From: a bacterium
GTDB taxonomy: Bacteria; Hinthialibacterota; Hinthialibacteria; Hinthialibacterales; Hinthialibacteraceae
Reading direction: 5' to 3'
Length of the DNA stretch: 64,000 bases
Assembly: GCA_963662285.2 (NCBI GenBank)
Contig: CAXXMV010000002.1
Coordinates: forward strand, 1,504,001-1,568,000
Notes under the pieces: generated by a model
The model's database searches: none
The model's input: only the letters and a program-made list of their open reading frames with translations
Told to the model about the DNA's origin: nothing
In this document: piece after piece, positions 30,657 to 41,435 of the stretch
How positions within the stretch are numbered: position 1 is the first letter of the stretch
Layout of the letters: every line of letters begins with the position of its first letter
Made by a program: the position numbers and the translations under genes

Positions 30657-31895
30657 ATGAAAAAGTTATTTGTTTTATACATTTCTATGGCATCAATGAT
30701 AATCTTCGCGCAATCATCTCAGGCCGTTGACCGCGACTATCATTTCGACGGTATCATCTCCCGCGAAGTTCTATGCAATTATCTTTCACGGTCGACCACC
30801 TTTTGCGAGTTGCTCAATTCCAAGCGGACTGAGCAAACCTTGGGCGGCGATGTGGATGACAATATCCGCATGTTGAAGAATACCGGCGCCAAGTTCGCTG
30901 GCCGCGCCATCTATATGTGGGGCGGCGAGACACGTTTGGAAGCTCTGCTGGCTGATGGCGCCGTAGTTGCGGAGAAAGTCCATCAAGCCGATCCGGATGT
31001 GGTTTTGCAAGCCGCCGTTTTTGAGATTGTCACAACTCAAGTCAACCAGATTCCTATCCCTGACTGGGTGTTTGAGGCATTCGACCTCGCTCCAGAGCAA
31101 CGCAATTTCAAATATGAAGCTATGTTGTATCCCGATGGAAACCGGGTGAATCATTGGCGCAATGGGCAATCGGTTCCTGATATGAGTCAAATGGAAACCC
31201 GTATGTGGTTCTTATATATTGCCGCAAGTTACATCAACATCGGCGTCGAAGCGATACATTTCGGCCAAGTGGAAATCATGGATGACCGCGACCCTGATCG
31301 CGCCTATTGGAACGACATGATGACCCGCGTGCGCCGTTATGCATCGAAAAATGCACGACGTCACATGGTTCTATGCGACGCTCATGTTCCCAGCGGGGGC
31401 ATTGTACTGCCCGATGGCAAACTGCTGTTCGATTTTCACTCCTTCCCGCTGCGCATTGAGGAGATTGGCGACAAACCTCAGCAAGGCATTCTTCTGGTTG
31501 GGTATCTGGACAGCATCTTCCTGCGCAGCAAGGGGGGAATTGCTCCCAGCGGCTGGAAATGCGACAGCCTGCCCTACATTGTTGAACTGGATAATTTCGG
31601 CGGCAGCGGCGGCCATGAAGGAGAAAACTACGGCCAGCATTTTTGCTGGGGTTATGACGAGATTACCTGGTTCGCCAATCAAAGCCAAAACTACCGCGAC
31701 CTGTGGCTCCACTACGCCTGGAACTGGATCCGCCGCACCGACTCCAACGGCTACCTGCAAATGCCTCTAAGCCGAACTCTATATCAGAAAGTAAATGGAA
31801 AAAACTGGTATTGGGCCAACAAACCCAGCGACGCCGTCCCCGGCGGCTTCAATCAAGAAGAGACCATCAAGGCTATATGGGCGAATGATGGATGA
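30657..31895 (+). CDS. Secreted hypothetical protein, possibly a TIM-barrel glycoside hydrolase
   Basis: Signal peptide, 412 aa, aromatic-rich; family not recognised with certainty. Confidence 0.65.
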   Translation: MKKLFVLYISMASMIIFAQSSQAVDRDYHFDGIISREVLCNYLSRSTTFCELLNSKRTEQTLGGDVDDNIRMLKNTGAKFAGRAIYMWGGETRLEALLADGAVVAEKVHQADPDVVLQAAVFEIVTTQVNQIPIPDWVFEAFDLAPEQRNFKYEAMLYPDGNRVNHWRNGQSVPDMSQMETRMWFLYIAASYINIGVEAIHFGQVEIMDDRDPDRAYWNDMMTRVRRYASKNARRHMVLCDAHVPSGGIVLPDGKLLFDFHSFPLRIEEIGDKPQQGILLVGYLDSIFLRSKGGIAPSGWKCDSLPYIVELDNFGGSGGHEGENYGQHFCWGYDEITWFANQSQNYRDLWLHYAWNWIRRTDSNGYLQMPLSRTLYQKVNGKNWYWANKPSDAVPGGFNQEETIKAIWANDG

Positions 31896-32013
31896 TTCGT
31901 TGCTAAAAAGAATCTTCATCCATTTTTTTGTCGACTCCTTATATACTTTCAATATAAACGATAATTTCTCAAAATAGCGCACAGGCAATTCCTATCGATA
32001 AAATCCCTCTGGA

Positions 32014-33723
32014 TTAACTGGTCTCGCGGGAAACGGTTGGTACAAAGGGTACCGGCCTGGCGATTCGAGTCAGCCCCAGAAGATCACGGGCGCGATTCAG
32101 CGAGTCATCGATATTACCAAACATATTGTCTTCGCCGATTTCATCGATCAGTCCGGATCGATGTAGGGTAAAGAGGGGCTGAGCGTGAACTCCGGAGAGG
32201 AGGAGGGTTGTCCCGTCGCGTTGACAGCGTTGATGGAATTCGCGCAATACATGAAGCCCTGTTGCATCGATGGCGAAGACATTGCGGAGGCGCAGGATAA
32301 TAACCTGTACGGGTTTGTCGATAAGACGCATGGTCTCCTTGAAGCGATCCGCCGCGCCAAAAAAGAAAGATCCTTGAATTTCAAAAACTTCTACGCCGAG
32401 AGGTACTTCGCGTAGTGCGATGGCGTTAGGATCGTCTGGTTCATCACTGTCACCCGAAAGTTCGCGGGTAATCATACTGACATTACTCACCTCGGACATG
32501 CGGCGAATAAAGAGGAGTGAAGCCAGAACGACTCCCACTTCGACGGCAACGGTCAGGTCAACGAAAACGGTCAGGGTAAAGGTTGTGAGAAGAACCATCA
32601 CATCGCTGCGAGGCGCCTTGAAAATCCGGATAAAATTATGAATTTCGCTCATGTTATAACTGACTACTACCAGAATTCCGGCGAGAGAAGCCAGGGGGAT
32701 TTTTTTTGCCATGGGGGCAAACAGTAATAGCAGCAGCGCCAGAGTGATGGCATGGATGATGCCGGCAACCGGGGTTTTGGCGCCGCTTTTCACATTGGTT
32801 GCAGTGCGGGCGATGGCGCCCGTAGCTGGAATTCCTCCGAATAACACCGAGGCTATATTGGCTATTCCCTGAGCGACCAGTTCCATATTGGGGCGGTGGC
32901 GGCCTCCGATCATTCCGTCTGCAACCGTCGCCGAGAGAAGCGATTCAATAGCCGCCAACAGGCCAATCGTGAAGGAAGGGGCGATCAAGTTTTTCAGTTG
33001 ATCCCAAGGAATGGAGGGCAGCGATGGTCTCGGTAGAACTCGAGGTAAATCGCCAAAACGGCTGCCTATGGTATCAATATCCAGTTGAAGAATTGACGCC
33101 GCCAAGGTTGCTACGATCATTCCCATGAGTATCGCCGGGAGGCGGGGGAAAAAGCGCCGGAGTAGCACGATGAATAAAATCGTGCCTAATCCAATGGCGG
33201 TGGCGGATAAATTGTATGAACCGGAATTATGGATATATGATGTCCATTTTTCGATAAATTCGGCTGGGGGCGATTCCATGCGCAAACCGAATAAATCCTT
33301 AACTTGGGTTGAAAAAATAACGACCGCAATTCCCGTCGTAAAACCAGTGGTGACGGGAAAGGGAATGAACTTGATTAATCCCCCCATCTGGAAAACGCCA
33401 AGAGCGATGAGAAATCCCCCCGCAAGCAGCGTACAGCAGACAAGCCCTTCGTATCCATACTGATTGACAATCCCCGCGACAATTATCACAAACGCGCCCG
33501 TCGGGCCGCCGATCTGAACGCGGCTTCCTCCCAACAAGGAAATCAGAAATCCTGCAACGATGGCTGTGAATATCCCGCGTTCGGGAGGGATTCCACAGGC
33601 AATCGCAAATGCCATAGCCAAGGGAAGAGCCACGACGCCTACGGTAATCCCCGCGAAGAGGTCAGACATGAAGAGAGACGAATTATAGGTTTTAAGGTAT
33701 GTCAGTAATTTGGGTTTTAACAT
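32014..33723 (-). CDS. SulP family inorganic anion transporter with STAS domain
   Basis: DLFAGITVGVVALPLAMAFA, QIGGPTGAF, GAIARTA, C-terminal FFGAA...IDATG. Confidence 0.95.
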   Translation of the reverse strand: MLKPKLLTYLKTYNSSLFMSDLFAGITVGVVALPLAMAFAIACGIPPERGIFTAIVAGFLISLLGGSRVQIGGPTGAFVIIVAGIVNQYGYEGLVCCTLLAGGFLIALGVFQMGGLIKFIPFPVTTGFTTGIAVVIFSTQVKDLFGLRMESPPAEFIEKWTSYIHNSGSYNLSATAIGLGTILFIVLLRRFFPRLPAILMGMIVATLAASILQLDIDTIGSRFGDLPRVLPRPSLPSIPWDQLKNLIAPSFTIGLLAAIESLLSATVADGMIGGRHRPNMELVAQGIANIASVLFGGIPATGAIARTATNVKSGAKTPVAGIIHAITLALLLLLFAPMAKKIPLASLAGILVVVSYNMSEIHNFIRIFKAPRSDVMVLLTTFTLTVFVDLTVAVEVGVVLASLLFIRRMSEVSNVSMITRELSGDSDEPDDPNAIALREVPLGVEVFEIQGSFFFGAADRFKETMRLIDKPVQVIILRLRNVFAIDATGLHVLREFHQRCQRDGTTLLLSGVHAQPLFTLHRSGLIDEIGEDNMFGNIDDSLNRARDLLGLTRIARPVPFVPTVSRETS

Positions 33724-33940
33724 TGGTTTAAGAGAAACAAAGCCGCAATTTATGAATTAAACTTCTTAACGATGTCACTCTAAACGAAATCGATTTCGTG
33801 CAGGAAATGGCATACTATTTGATGATCACTTTATTATTATCATTGATGATTTTGGAGATGCAATCCCCTTGTAGAGTACTGTATGAAATTTAATGAATAA
33901 TTTTCAATCGATTCTGATTGCTTCACCTTATTTCTAAAAT

Positions 33941-35221
33941 CTACTTCCAAAACTGAACTTTTTTATAAATCTGAAATAGTGGATTGTTGCGGATGCTTTC
34001 CAGGTCGTGTTGCAGGGCGTCCTTCTGGTGCTGTAATAGATCTATGTTTTGCTGCATCTGCTTGATTTGTTGTTCGCGTTCACGGGTGCGGGCGTCGAAG
34101 AATGATGGAGACGGTAGGCGCTTGGTTGGGTTTTCCAGCCATTTCATTAGGTGATCGACGTGTGAATCATCGGATATTTTGGTGGAAACAACCTGGGCGC
34201 CCCGGCGTTTGCCTACGATATCGACTCTTTCAAGAGCAATCTCTTTGATCAGCGCTTTTAATTGTTTTTGCGCGTCATAAGCGATAACCCACCCGGCGTT
34301 ATGCTCTTTGATCCAATCCGCCCAGGGCGACTGGGGAGAGACGATGCAGGGAACCCCAGCCCATAAAGCTGTTCCAGTGCGCAGGTCGGATGACAGGCGT
34401 CGTTCTTCGGTTGGTTTGCACAGATCAATAGCCACAGCGCAACGTTTTAACTCGGTGACGTATTCGTTAAAATTAAGCGATCCGATCCATGAGACGTGGG
34501 GATGATCGGCGTAGGCGCTATCCATACCGCCGGTGCATTCCCGGTCGCTGGCGCCGGCTACTACCATTTGGCCTTTGCGGAAATGACTCATGGTTTCCAG
34601 GATAGTCTCAAAAGCCAGTGTTCGATCCTGCCAGGGCCAGAACATGCCGCCCCAGAAGAAAAGCGGCTCGTCTTCGGCGTGACCTTGGCGTGAGATGGGC
34701 ATTTCGTGGGATATAAATGGAGTAACGGCAAGCCTTTGCGCATCCGGCGCCACCCCGGCCCATATCAGCCAGGCGTCATAATATCCCCGCTGCCGTTCAA
34801 GGGCGCAGGTGAAATAGTCGGCGCGTGACAAACATTCAACTTTATCTACCACATGCTGGAAGAAATTCTCTTTATCCCGCCAGACGTATTCCAACGCCAG
34901 GGGTCCGGGAAGGTCGACCAAGATAGGTATATCAAGCGGTTCCCATAGAAAAGTCATGGGCTGCCATTGCTCGAATAGCACCGCATCATAATTACCGTTT
35001 TGAATTTCTTGATGCAATAGTTCGGGCTTGAATAATTTGATAGGCGTATTTGATGGAAGGTTTTCAGTTCCCGAAGCGTTTTGGCTGATCAAATAGGTAC
35101 ACTGCAGGCCGCGTCTGCGTAACGCTTCGCCCAGACCCCAAATGCGTACTCCACCACCGGCGCAGGGTTGTTTGAAGCAGGGCAGCGTCTCAGTTGTTAT
35201 TAATGCCAGGTGTTGAACCAT
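33941..35221 (-). CDS. GT-B fold glycosyltransferase with C-terminal coiled coil
   Basis: GGGVR, ALWAGVPCI; start placed at the ATG at 35221 because the longer ORF overlaps the 6S terminator. Confidence 0.7.
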   Translation of the reverse strand: MVQHLALITTETLPCFKQPCAGGGVRIWGLGEALRRRGLQCTYLISQNASGTENLPSNTPIKLFKPELLHQEIQNGNYDAVLFEQWQPMTFLWEPLDIPILVDLPGPLALEYVWRDKENFFQHVVDKVECLSRADYFTCALERQRGYYDAWLIWAGVAPDAQRLAVTPFISHEMPISRQGHAEDEPLFFWGGMFWPWQDRTLAFETILETMSHFRKGQMVVAGASDRECTGGMDSAYADHPHVSWIGSLNFNEYVTELKRCAVAIDLCKPTEERRLSSDLRTGTALWAGVPCIVSPQSPWADWIKEHNAGWVIAYDAQKQLKALIKEIALERVDIVGKRRGAQVVSTKISDDSHVDHLMKWLENPTKRLPSPSFFDARTREREQQIKQMQQNIDLLQHQKDALQHDLESIRNNPLFQIYKKVQFWK

Positions 35222-35318
35222 AAGAAGGTAAGTTCTGATGAATAAATATTCGGTTTTGCCTTTAAAAAGACCATTTAACGCGCTTTTTATAAGACGAGAC
35301 GTAAGGTAGTAAATAATT

Positions 35319-35358
35319 GGGAAATAACGACTTTCGGCAAAGAGAGTCGTTATTTCCC
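35319..35358 (-). terminator. Hairpin immediately 3' of the 6S RNA
   Basis: GGGAAATAACGACT / AGTCGTTATTTCCC perfect 14-bp stem. Confidence 0.65.
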
Positions 35359-35360
35359 GA

Positions 35361-35538
35361 ACTCCGCATTTGCCGTGTGTCAAAGCGTTTTGTTAAGACC
35401 TGACTCAGCAGGTGGGATCCCTGGCCCAAACCTCAGCCTCCCTCGCATGGAGGTATGACATCAATTGGGGATTGAGAGCCCGAGTAATGCTCATTATAGC
35501 CTTAAAACAACTTTAACCATCACCAACAACGCAGAGCG
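35361..35538 (-). ncRNA. ssrS: 6S RNA
   Basis: About 180 nt; 5' CTCTGCGTTGTTGGTG pairs with 3' CACACGGCAAATGCGGAG; conserved-looking 3' part CCCACCTGCTGAGTCAGGTCTTAA...ACGGCA. Confidence 0.75.
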
Positions 35539-35930
35539 ATTAAACAAATGATAGGCAATTATTGCCTGAGATTGATATTGTATCTCATTCATTTTATATT
35601 TTCAATTATCATTTCGATTAAGGAATGATGTTTTAGAGTGATTGATGTAAAATATTCATTGCGGCGTTTCGACAAAGCCAGTAAAGATTGGCTTTATCGA
35701 AGACTAAAGGCAATCTTTAACTAATATCATTTTGACTACCTCTCTAATGGAAAACAAAAAAAGTGATTTAACTTTTGCTATTCAGGGAAAAACAATAATA
35801 ATATTATGATAAGAGTATGATTTTGTGAGCAAAGTAGACAAAAGAAGATGCACTTGACTACTATTACTTATAATCTCATGATGAAACTCAATAGAATGAA
35901 GCATGCTTTTTTGAAAGGAGTGGTTTTAAA

Positions 35931-36452
35931 ATGAAAACCAACCGAATCCTAGTTGTTTTAGCTTGTCTTTCCGTGGTGATTGTTGGAGCGTGGGCGATTG
36001 ACAATCAGAATAACGCCGCCAGCGTCTCTCCGGCTGATTTTAATCCGGGTAATCCTAATGATTATCCTGTTCTCACAGATATTGATATCGATTTCATGGG
36101 TTTGGGTGACGTCGGCGAGATTTATATGATCGAAGGCATTGAAAATATGACCTCGGTTGAATTTAAAACAAATAAATATACCGCAGGCCCAACCTCATAT
36201 TCCCGTCTGGTTATGCATGGCGTCTTTGATAAAATTATGCGTGATTGGCGTGATACCATCATCGCGGGAACTACGACTAGACATGACATCGAACTGAATC
36301 TAAACAATAAAACCGGTAAACGCGTCCTACGCATTACCTTCTACGATGCGTTTCCAGTCAGTTTTTCCATCCCCCCTTTATCGGTTGATAACAACACGCG
36401 CTATATGGAGCGGATAGAATTCGTTTATACCGATTTCGACATCACTAATTAA
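35931..36452 (+). CDS. T4 gp19-like phage tail tube protein with N-terminal signal peptide
   Basis: C-terminal pattern W...I..G...R.DI.L.L....G..V.R..F..AFP....P.L.......E.IE..Y resembles gp19/eCIS tube proteins; MKTNRILVVLACLSVVIVGAWA signal; AAAGGAG RBS. Confidence 0.72.
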   Translation: MKTNRILVVLACLSVVIVGAWAIDNQNNAASVSPADFNPGNPNDYPVLTDIDIDFMGLGDVGEIYMIEGIENMTSVEFKTNKYTAGPTSYSRLVMHGVFDKIMRDWRDTIIAGTTTRHDIELNLNNKTGKRVLRITFYDAFPVSFSIPPLSVDNNTRYMERIEFVYTDFDITN

Positions 36453-36482
36453 CGCGAGCATTGATTTGACGAGGTGTCTCTC

Positions 36483-37709
36483 ATGAAAAAGATATTGTCT
36501 TTATGTCTGGCAATAATAGCAACGCTCGCGGTGACAGGATGGTCCGCGACGCCCAAAGCCGTAGATATGGTGGTGATTGATGGTGAATCGTCAGTATATG
36601 TTTTATATGATGACGGTTTTATTCAAACCACTGGTTTCGCGGTATCATTTGGTTATCCGGGAAATGCAGATGCCATTAGTCTTGCCATGACCAATACCAA
36701 AAGCGGGTATTATGTTCTGGAAAGCGATGGTACTTTGCATTCGTTTGGCGATGCAGTCGTTATCCCGAATCCTATGAAGGATAATGGCAAAAATCCATAC
36801 GTTGATATGGAATTGTATCAATATACCAATAGCCCCTATTTTCTGCGTCAGGACGGTTCCATCGAAGTATCCGGCGAGGCGGTTTTTTATGGCGAATTGT
36901 TGCGAAACAAGAAAGCCGTTGATTTGGAATTGACTAGAGATGGACTGGGTTATTACGTCCTCTACGAAGATGGTCATATCGCTTTCTTTGGAACAGCTGT
37001 CGATAGGGGATTCACCATATCCAGTTCAATCAAAGCAGTCGATCTCGAACTGGATGGAGATGGATACTTTGTCTGCCTGGAAGATGGCGGCATCCTTTCT
37101 TTTGGTTCTGCTGCGCAGATGCCTTTCCGCACCCGGCCATCAGAAGATGTCGTCAATATGACCATAACCCAGCAGGGATATCGCATCCTGACTGAATCCG
37201 GCGAAGTGGAGAGTTTTATCCGCGTGGATGCCCAGGGAATTTCAAATTGGTATGCTAAAGTATCAGCGCGAACGGTTAAGCCTCAGGCTACTAATACCCC
37301 GACTCCTACTCAGACGCCCAAACAGGATGTCAACTACTTTACCTATGAAGAGTCTGGATTTGCGGAAAAAATCATTGGTAAAATACCCGAAACGGCTTCT
37401 CTGCCGGTATCACTAAACAGCGGTTTCGCCAGCCTATATGGCGGCGGGCTTTTTGTTGCTGTTGCTGATGGAGAAGAGCAGCCGGTTCGCAAGATTCTGC
37501 TTTATAGCGTGGAAGAATCCACTGGCGCTGATTCGACTGGCGCGGTCTTCGCCCAGTTGTCTCCAGAACGCGGAGACGCCGTAATCCGTGGGATTTCATA
37601 CAGCAGCGTTGGACTCTATGTTGTTGTTCAAGATGTTAGCGGATTGTTTATATTCCTTATTGAAGGAAATTTTGAATCATCCGACATCAACGCTTTTTCT
37701 TTGTATTAA
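36483..37709 (+). CDS. Secreted beta-propeller-like repeat protein with Thr/Pro linker and C-terminal motif SDINAFSLY
   Basis: Repeats GYYVLESDGTLHSFGDA, GYYVLYEDGHIAFFGTA, GYFVCLEDGGILSFGSA; TNTPTPTQTP linker. Confidence 0.78.
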   Translation: MKKILSLCLAIIATLAVTGWSATPKAVDMVVIDGESSVYVLYDDGFIQTTGFAVSFGYPGNADAISLAMTNTKSGYYVLESDGTLHSFGDAVVIPNPMKDNGKNPYVDMELYQYTNSPYFLRQDGSIEVSGEAVFYGELLRNKKAVDLELTRDGLGYYVLYEDGHIAFFGTAVDRGFTISSSIKAVDLELDGDGYFVCLEDGGILSFGSAAQMPFRTRPSEDVVNMTITQQGYRILTESGEVESFIRVDAQGISNWYAKVSARTVKPQATNTPTPTQTPKQDVNYFTYEESGFAEKIIGKIPETASLPVSLNSGFASLYGGGLFVAVADGEEQPVRKILLYSVEESTGADSTGAVFAQLSPERGDAVIRGISYSSVGLYVVVQDVSGLFIFLIEGNFESSDINAFSLY

Positions 37710-37734
37710 CCTTGAAAACATTTGAGTTATGTAA

Positions 37735-37772
37735 ACGGGGCGGGCTAGCCGCATTACGGCTGCCCGCCCCGT
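37735..37772 (+). terminator. Intrinsic terminator of the tube/propeller unit
   Basis: ACGGGGCGGGC...GCCCGCCCCGT followed by GTTTATT. Confidence 0.7.
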
Positions 37773-37860
37773 GTTTATTCATGTCTCATCTTTTATCCTA
37801 AAGACGGTAGTTAATTTTGGTGAGTATGTGAGGCTGACTCACCCCGCGTAGGTGATCTTT

Positions 37861-37998
37861 ATCAACCCTCTCCTAACCTCTCCCAGTCTTGGGAGAGGAA
37901 TGTCTAACCAGAGTTTTTTGAATAACTTAGTTATATCATATAACTGGCGCCATTTCCAAAATCCCTATCCCCCAAGTTGGGGGAGAATTTAAGAGGGG
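37861..37998. repeat. Pair of CCCTCTCC/GGGAGAGG-type REP elements
   Basis: atcaaccctctcctaacctctcccagtcttgggagaggaa has a near-exact inverted copy at 46988-47028; related units at 37962-37998, 61195-61227 and 62626-62655. Confidence 0.75.
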
Positions 37999-38064
37999 TC
38001 GTTTTCTACAACTATGGATGTTCTATTTGACTTTATAATGATAACCTAACTGCTATTATTAGGA

Positions 38065-40037
38065 TTATTGCATCGCTTTCAATAAATCCTGGGCTTGTTT
38101 GTTATCGGGATCTAGTTCGATGGCTTTTTGTAGATGAGTCAGCGCTTTATCTTTCTGTTCCTGGCGCTGATAGACCATTCCCATAAATATATGCGTTTGG
38201 ACGTTGTCTGGGTCTTTATCAAGGACGAACTGAAAATCGGATAACGCTCCTTTTAAGTCTCCACCGAACGCTTCAGGAGTGAAGAACCGAACCGCTCCAC
38301 GTCCAATATGCCCGCCGATGTTTTCGGGATCAACTTCAAGCGCTTTTTCAAATACTTTGCCAATCTGCATTCCATATACCATTTTATCCATGGGTTCAGA
38401 CAGTTCCGTCAATTGTCCAAGGATGTCTCCCTTTTGGACATACAATTCAGCATTGTTGGGATTCTGGTTAATCGACTTATCCATCTCTTTCAGATCATCT
38501 TTTAACTGTTGGATAATCTTCTTGGTCTCTTCATCCAATGGTTTTTGCGGAGGGAAGGGCGACATCCCTGGAGGAGGACCGCCTTGTCCATCTTGCATAA
38601 ATGGTGGAGGGCCGCCGGGGTCACCGGGTCTTGGGCCGCCTGGCGGGGGGCCGCCCGGTTGGCCGAATATGAAACTGTCAATCTGGTCGCCTTCTTTTTC
38701 ACCGGCCAATTGCGCTTTGACCGATGCAATACGTTGTTCAACGAACGGCTTGAGGCCGATGATCTGCTGGCTGAAGATGAAAGCCTGTGGTTTGACCGGA
38801 CCTTCCATACTCTTCTGGAAATCCTCGAATGAAAATACCGGCTTGGAGTCGGCTTGCACAGAATCTTTGATATGCGAATATAAACGGTCTATATCGGCGT
38901 TCATGGCTGTTGGATTGAAGAAATCCCGAATGAATGAACTGAGGTAAAATTCAAAAATCACCCGGTATTTTTCGATATCCAGAATGCGCTGGATCATGAT
39001 TTTGTCGCCCATATAAGGCTTTTTGATATCAAAATTGAGTATCTTCTCCGGCGATACCACTTGCAGGTTGCCGAATGCTTCGTTGACATCCCAGGGGATA
39101 AATTCAAAACGGCTTGAAGCGGTGTTGTAATACAGATACCAGTTATGCCCCAATCCGGCGTAACTATCCAGATCGGTCAACAGGGTATTGACCGCCAGCG
39201 ACGCCAGAAAGCGGTCGACGTTCAGTTTCTGCTCGATTTTCGAGGTGAATTCCTTATCAGATGCATCATTCAGAAACTTGATGAACTTAATCAATTGTTT
39301 TGCGTCATCAATGCCGCCGGATTTTAATTCGTGGTCATGGGCGTATTCTTCCCAATCATCCCCCCGGTATTCCAGATCACGCATGATCTCGAACTTAAAC
39401 AGACCACCATCAGAGTTGCCGAAACGGTCTTCCAGGAAAGGACGGTTGACTTGTTCGACCACCACGAAGAAACCCAGATGCTATTGGGGCTTGCCTTCAA
39501 TGTTCAAATAGATATTGGCGAAATGGCGCGCGGCGCCGGTACCGCTGCTTTTTGGTATAAATCATAAGTCAACTTATCTCGCAGCATGGATGGATCGCGG
39601 AAGCAGTTGATGAAATTCAGTTTGGTGAATCCATGAAAAATCTGTTCATCATTGTATCGGTTAAAATCTATTTTCAACGGCTTCTTCCCGTCAGGGGGGA
39701 TCATCATGATTGAAGCGTTGCCCCGGTAGCGCACGCCGACGCCTTCGTAAACCGCGCCGCCGCAGGTTACCGTTGCCGGGACGTAGGGAAACTCTTGAGA
39801 GAACATACTGCGCGAGCTCATTTTGGTCATATCGCGCTGTTGGGGCTTGGGTTGCATGTTCTGGAAATTTTCCGCCGTCATCTCGATGGTGAAAGTGAGA
39901 ATTTCCTGATTTTCGAAGACATAATTGTAATCCGCCACTGTCGCAGCGCTGCTGTTCATTGGTATAGTTAGGCTTAAAACCAATGCCAGAGCGGTAAAAC
40001 AGATTGCTTGATGCTTGGTTGAGCAGTAATGTCGCAT
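38065..40037 (-). pseudogene. CotH kinase family protein with C-terminal TPRs, disrupted
   Basis: VGVRYRGNAS, K.PLKIDFN, DPSMLRDKL; 1-nt frameshift near 39525, in-frame TAG at 39481-39483, then VVEQV, HNWYLY, FIPWDVNEAFG. Confidence 0.85.
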
Positions 40038-40287
40038 TTCGTTTCTTCTCTCCTTGGGAAGGTCGGTGATAATAAGACGCAGTTATAGCATACAATAATA
40101 TACGATATTGGGATGGAGTTTATTTAATATAAAAAAGGTTGTTCGAGTGGCTGGAAAGAAAAAGAGTTGATAGCAACCCTCTATGTTTACGTAGTTAGCC
40201 CAAATGCAATAATTATCTAAGCAAAAAAAAATCCTGCGAATCCTTCAATCCGGGGAATCCAGATTCAGACAAAAGAACGATAAGATC

Positions 40288-40374
40288 AAGGTGAAGATAG
40301 TTTTTAAGGGATATTAAAAATCATAGGTGATAGCATCAAGGGCTGACCGCATTGCGGTCTTGCCCTTGGCGCCC
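40288..40374. repeat. CAAGGGC hairpin repeat, copy A
   Basis: CAAGGGCTGACCGCATTGCGGTCTTGCCCTTGG; upstream flank also shared with 43665-43751. Confidence 0.85.
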
Positions 40375-40393
40375 TCCCTTGGCGCCTTGCATC

Positions 40394-41200
40394 TTATTTA
40401 ACTTTTCTTTCCGGGATGTAGAAATCTTCCTTGGAAAGGTTGCATTTTTGGGCGACTCTCTTGCAATAGGCTAAACGTCCTGCATTTTTATTGCGGGCAT
40501 CGGAGCCGAAGGTAAATTTTAATCCTTGTTCTTTGGCCATATTAATGAATTTATCATGAGGCGTGTGGGACATATCGTTTATTTCAATGGCGATATTTCT
40601 TTTTTTGACAGCCGTAATTATTTGCTGCATCCGTTCCTGCGTCCACAATGTATAGTAGTCGCGGGCGATGCATACCGGCAGAAACAGCGGCCATGCAAAT
40701 ATGGTCATAGGTTCGTTTTCCAGGATTTCCATAGTGTAATCCATGTATCGCGCCATGAATTCTTCCGTATCCTCCACATAAGTATCAAATTCCCAGATGC
40801 TCAACCTTTCACCATTTCCCATAGGCACTCTTTGGGGATCCATTAGTATGTAATCGAGTTGGGCTAACAGTTCTGGCGAGAATTTTTTGGACCACCCAAG
40901 ATCGATGGGTTGCAATCCAATATAGACAGGATATTGCCGTAGTTTATCGATATAGTTTTTCAGGTCATCATCGTTTTTAATAGCCCATTCGGCGGGATGT
41001 TCAACGATGCCGAATTGAACATTTCTTTCTTTTGCGATATCCATTATATGTTCAATTGTAAATTGCCGGGTAGTGTGGACATGCATATCTATCAAGGGGA
41101 AATCATATTCATTCTTAGCAGCAGTATTGCCTAAAACTGGTGATGCAGCTATTGCTCCAAGAATAATACTTGAGTTTTTAATAAAGCTTCGTCTTTTCAT
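40394..41200 (-). CDS. Tat-exported PHP-like metallohydrolase
   Basis: KRRSFI, DMHVH, VEH, IAIEIN, FTFGSDA. Confidence 0.8.
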   Translation of the reverse strand: MKRRSFIKNSSIILGAIAASPVLGNTAAKNEYDFPLIDMHVHTTRQFTIEHIMDIAKERNVQFGIVEHPAEWAIKNDDDLKNYIDKLRQYPVYIGLQPIDLGWSKKFSPELLAQLDYILMDPQRVPMGNGERLSIWEFDTYVEDTEEFMARYMDYTMEILENEPMTIFAWPLFLPVCIARDYYTLWTQERMQQIITAVKKRNIAIEINDMSHTPHDKFINMAKEQGLKFTFGSDARNKNAGRLAYCKRVAQKCNLSKEDFYIPERKVK

Positions 41201-41388
41201 GGTTTTTCCTTTTTTTAGTTCTAAAGTTAATCCTGCAAGTGAGTCGCGCTATTTTATCGACTTGAGATGCATCAATGATTTTGCAAACGTTAGTGATACT
41301 AACATATATTGATTGATTGATGAAGTCAATTTTGGTATGAAAAGGACAGGGGGGGAGTATTGAGGCTGAGAGTTAACTTATAATGTCA

Positions 41389-41435
41389 GTGATAGCATCA
41401 AGGGCTGAACGCATTACGGTCTTGCCCTTGGCGCC
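41389..41435. repeat. CAAGGGC hairpin repeat, copy B
   Basis: GTGATAGCATCAAGGGCTGAACGCATTACGGTCTTGCCCTTGGCGCC. Confidence 0.85.

Noticed and set aside
35931-36452. Prophage or complete contractile injection system
   Set aside because: No sheath, baseplate, capsid, terminase or integrase genes nearby.
38279-38947. 222-aa + strand ORF and many similar short overlapping ORFs in the track
   Set aside because: Shadow frames of well-supported genes on the other strand or frame.
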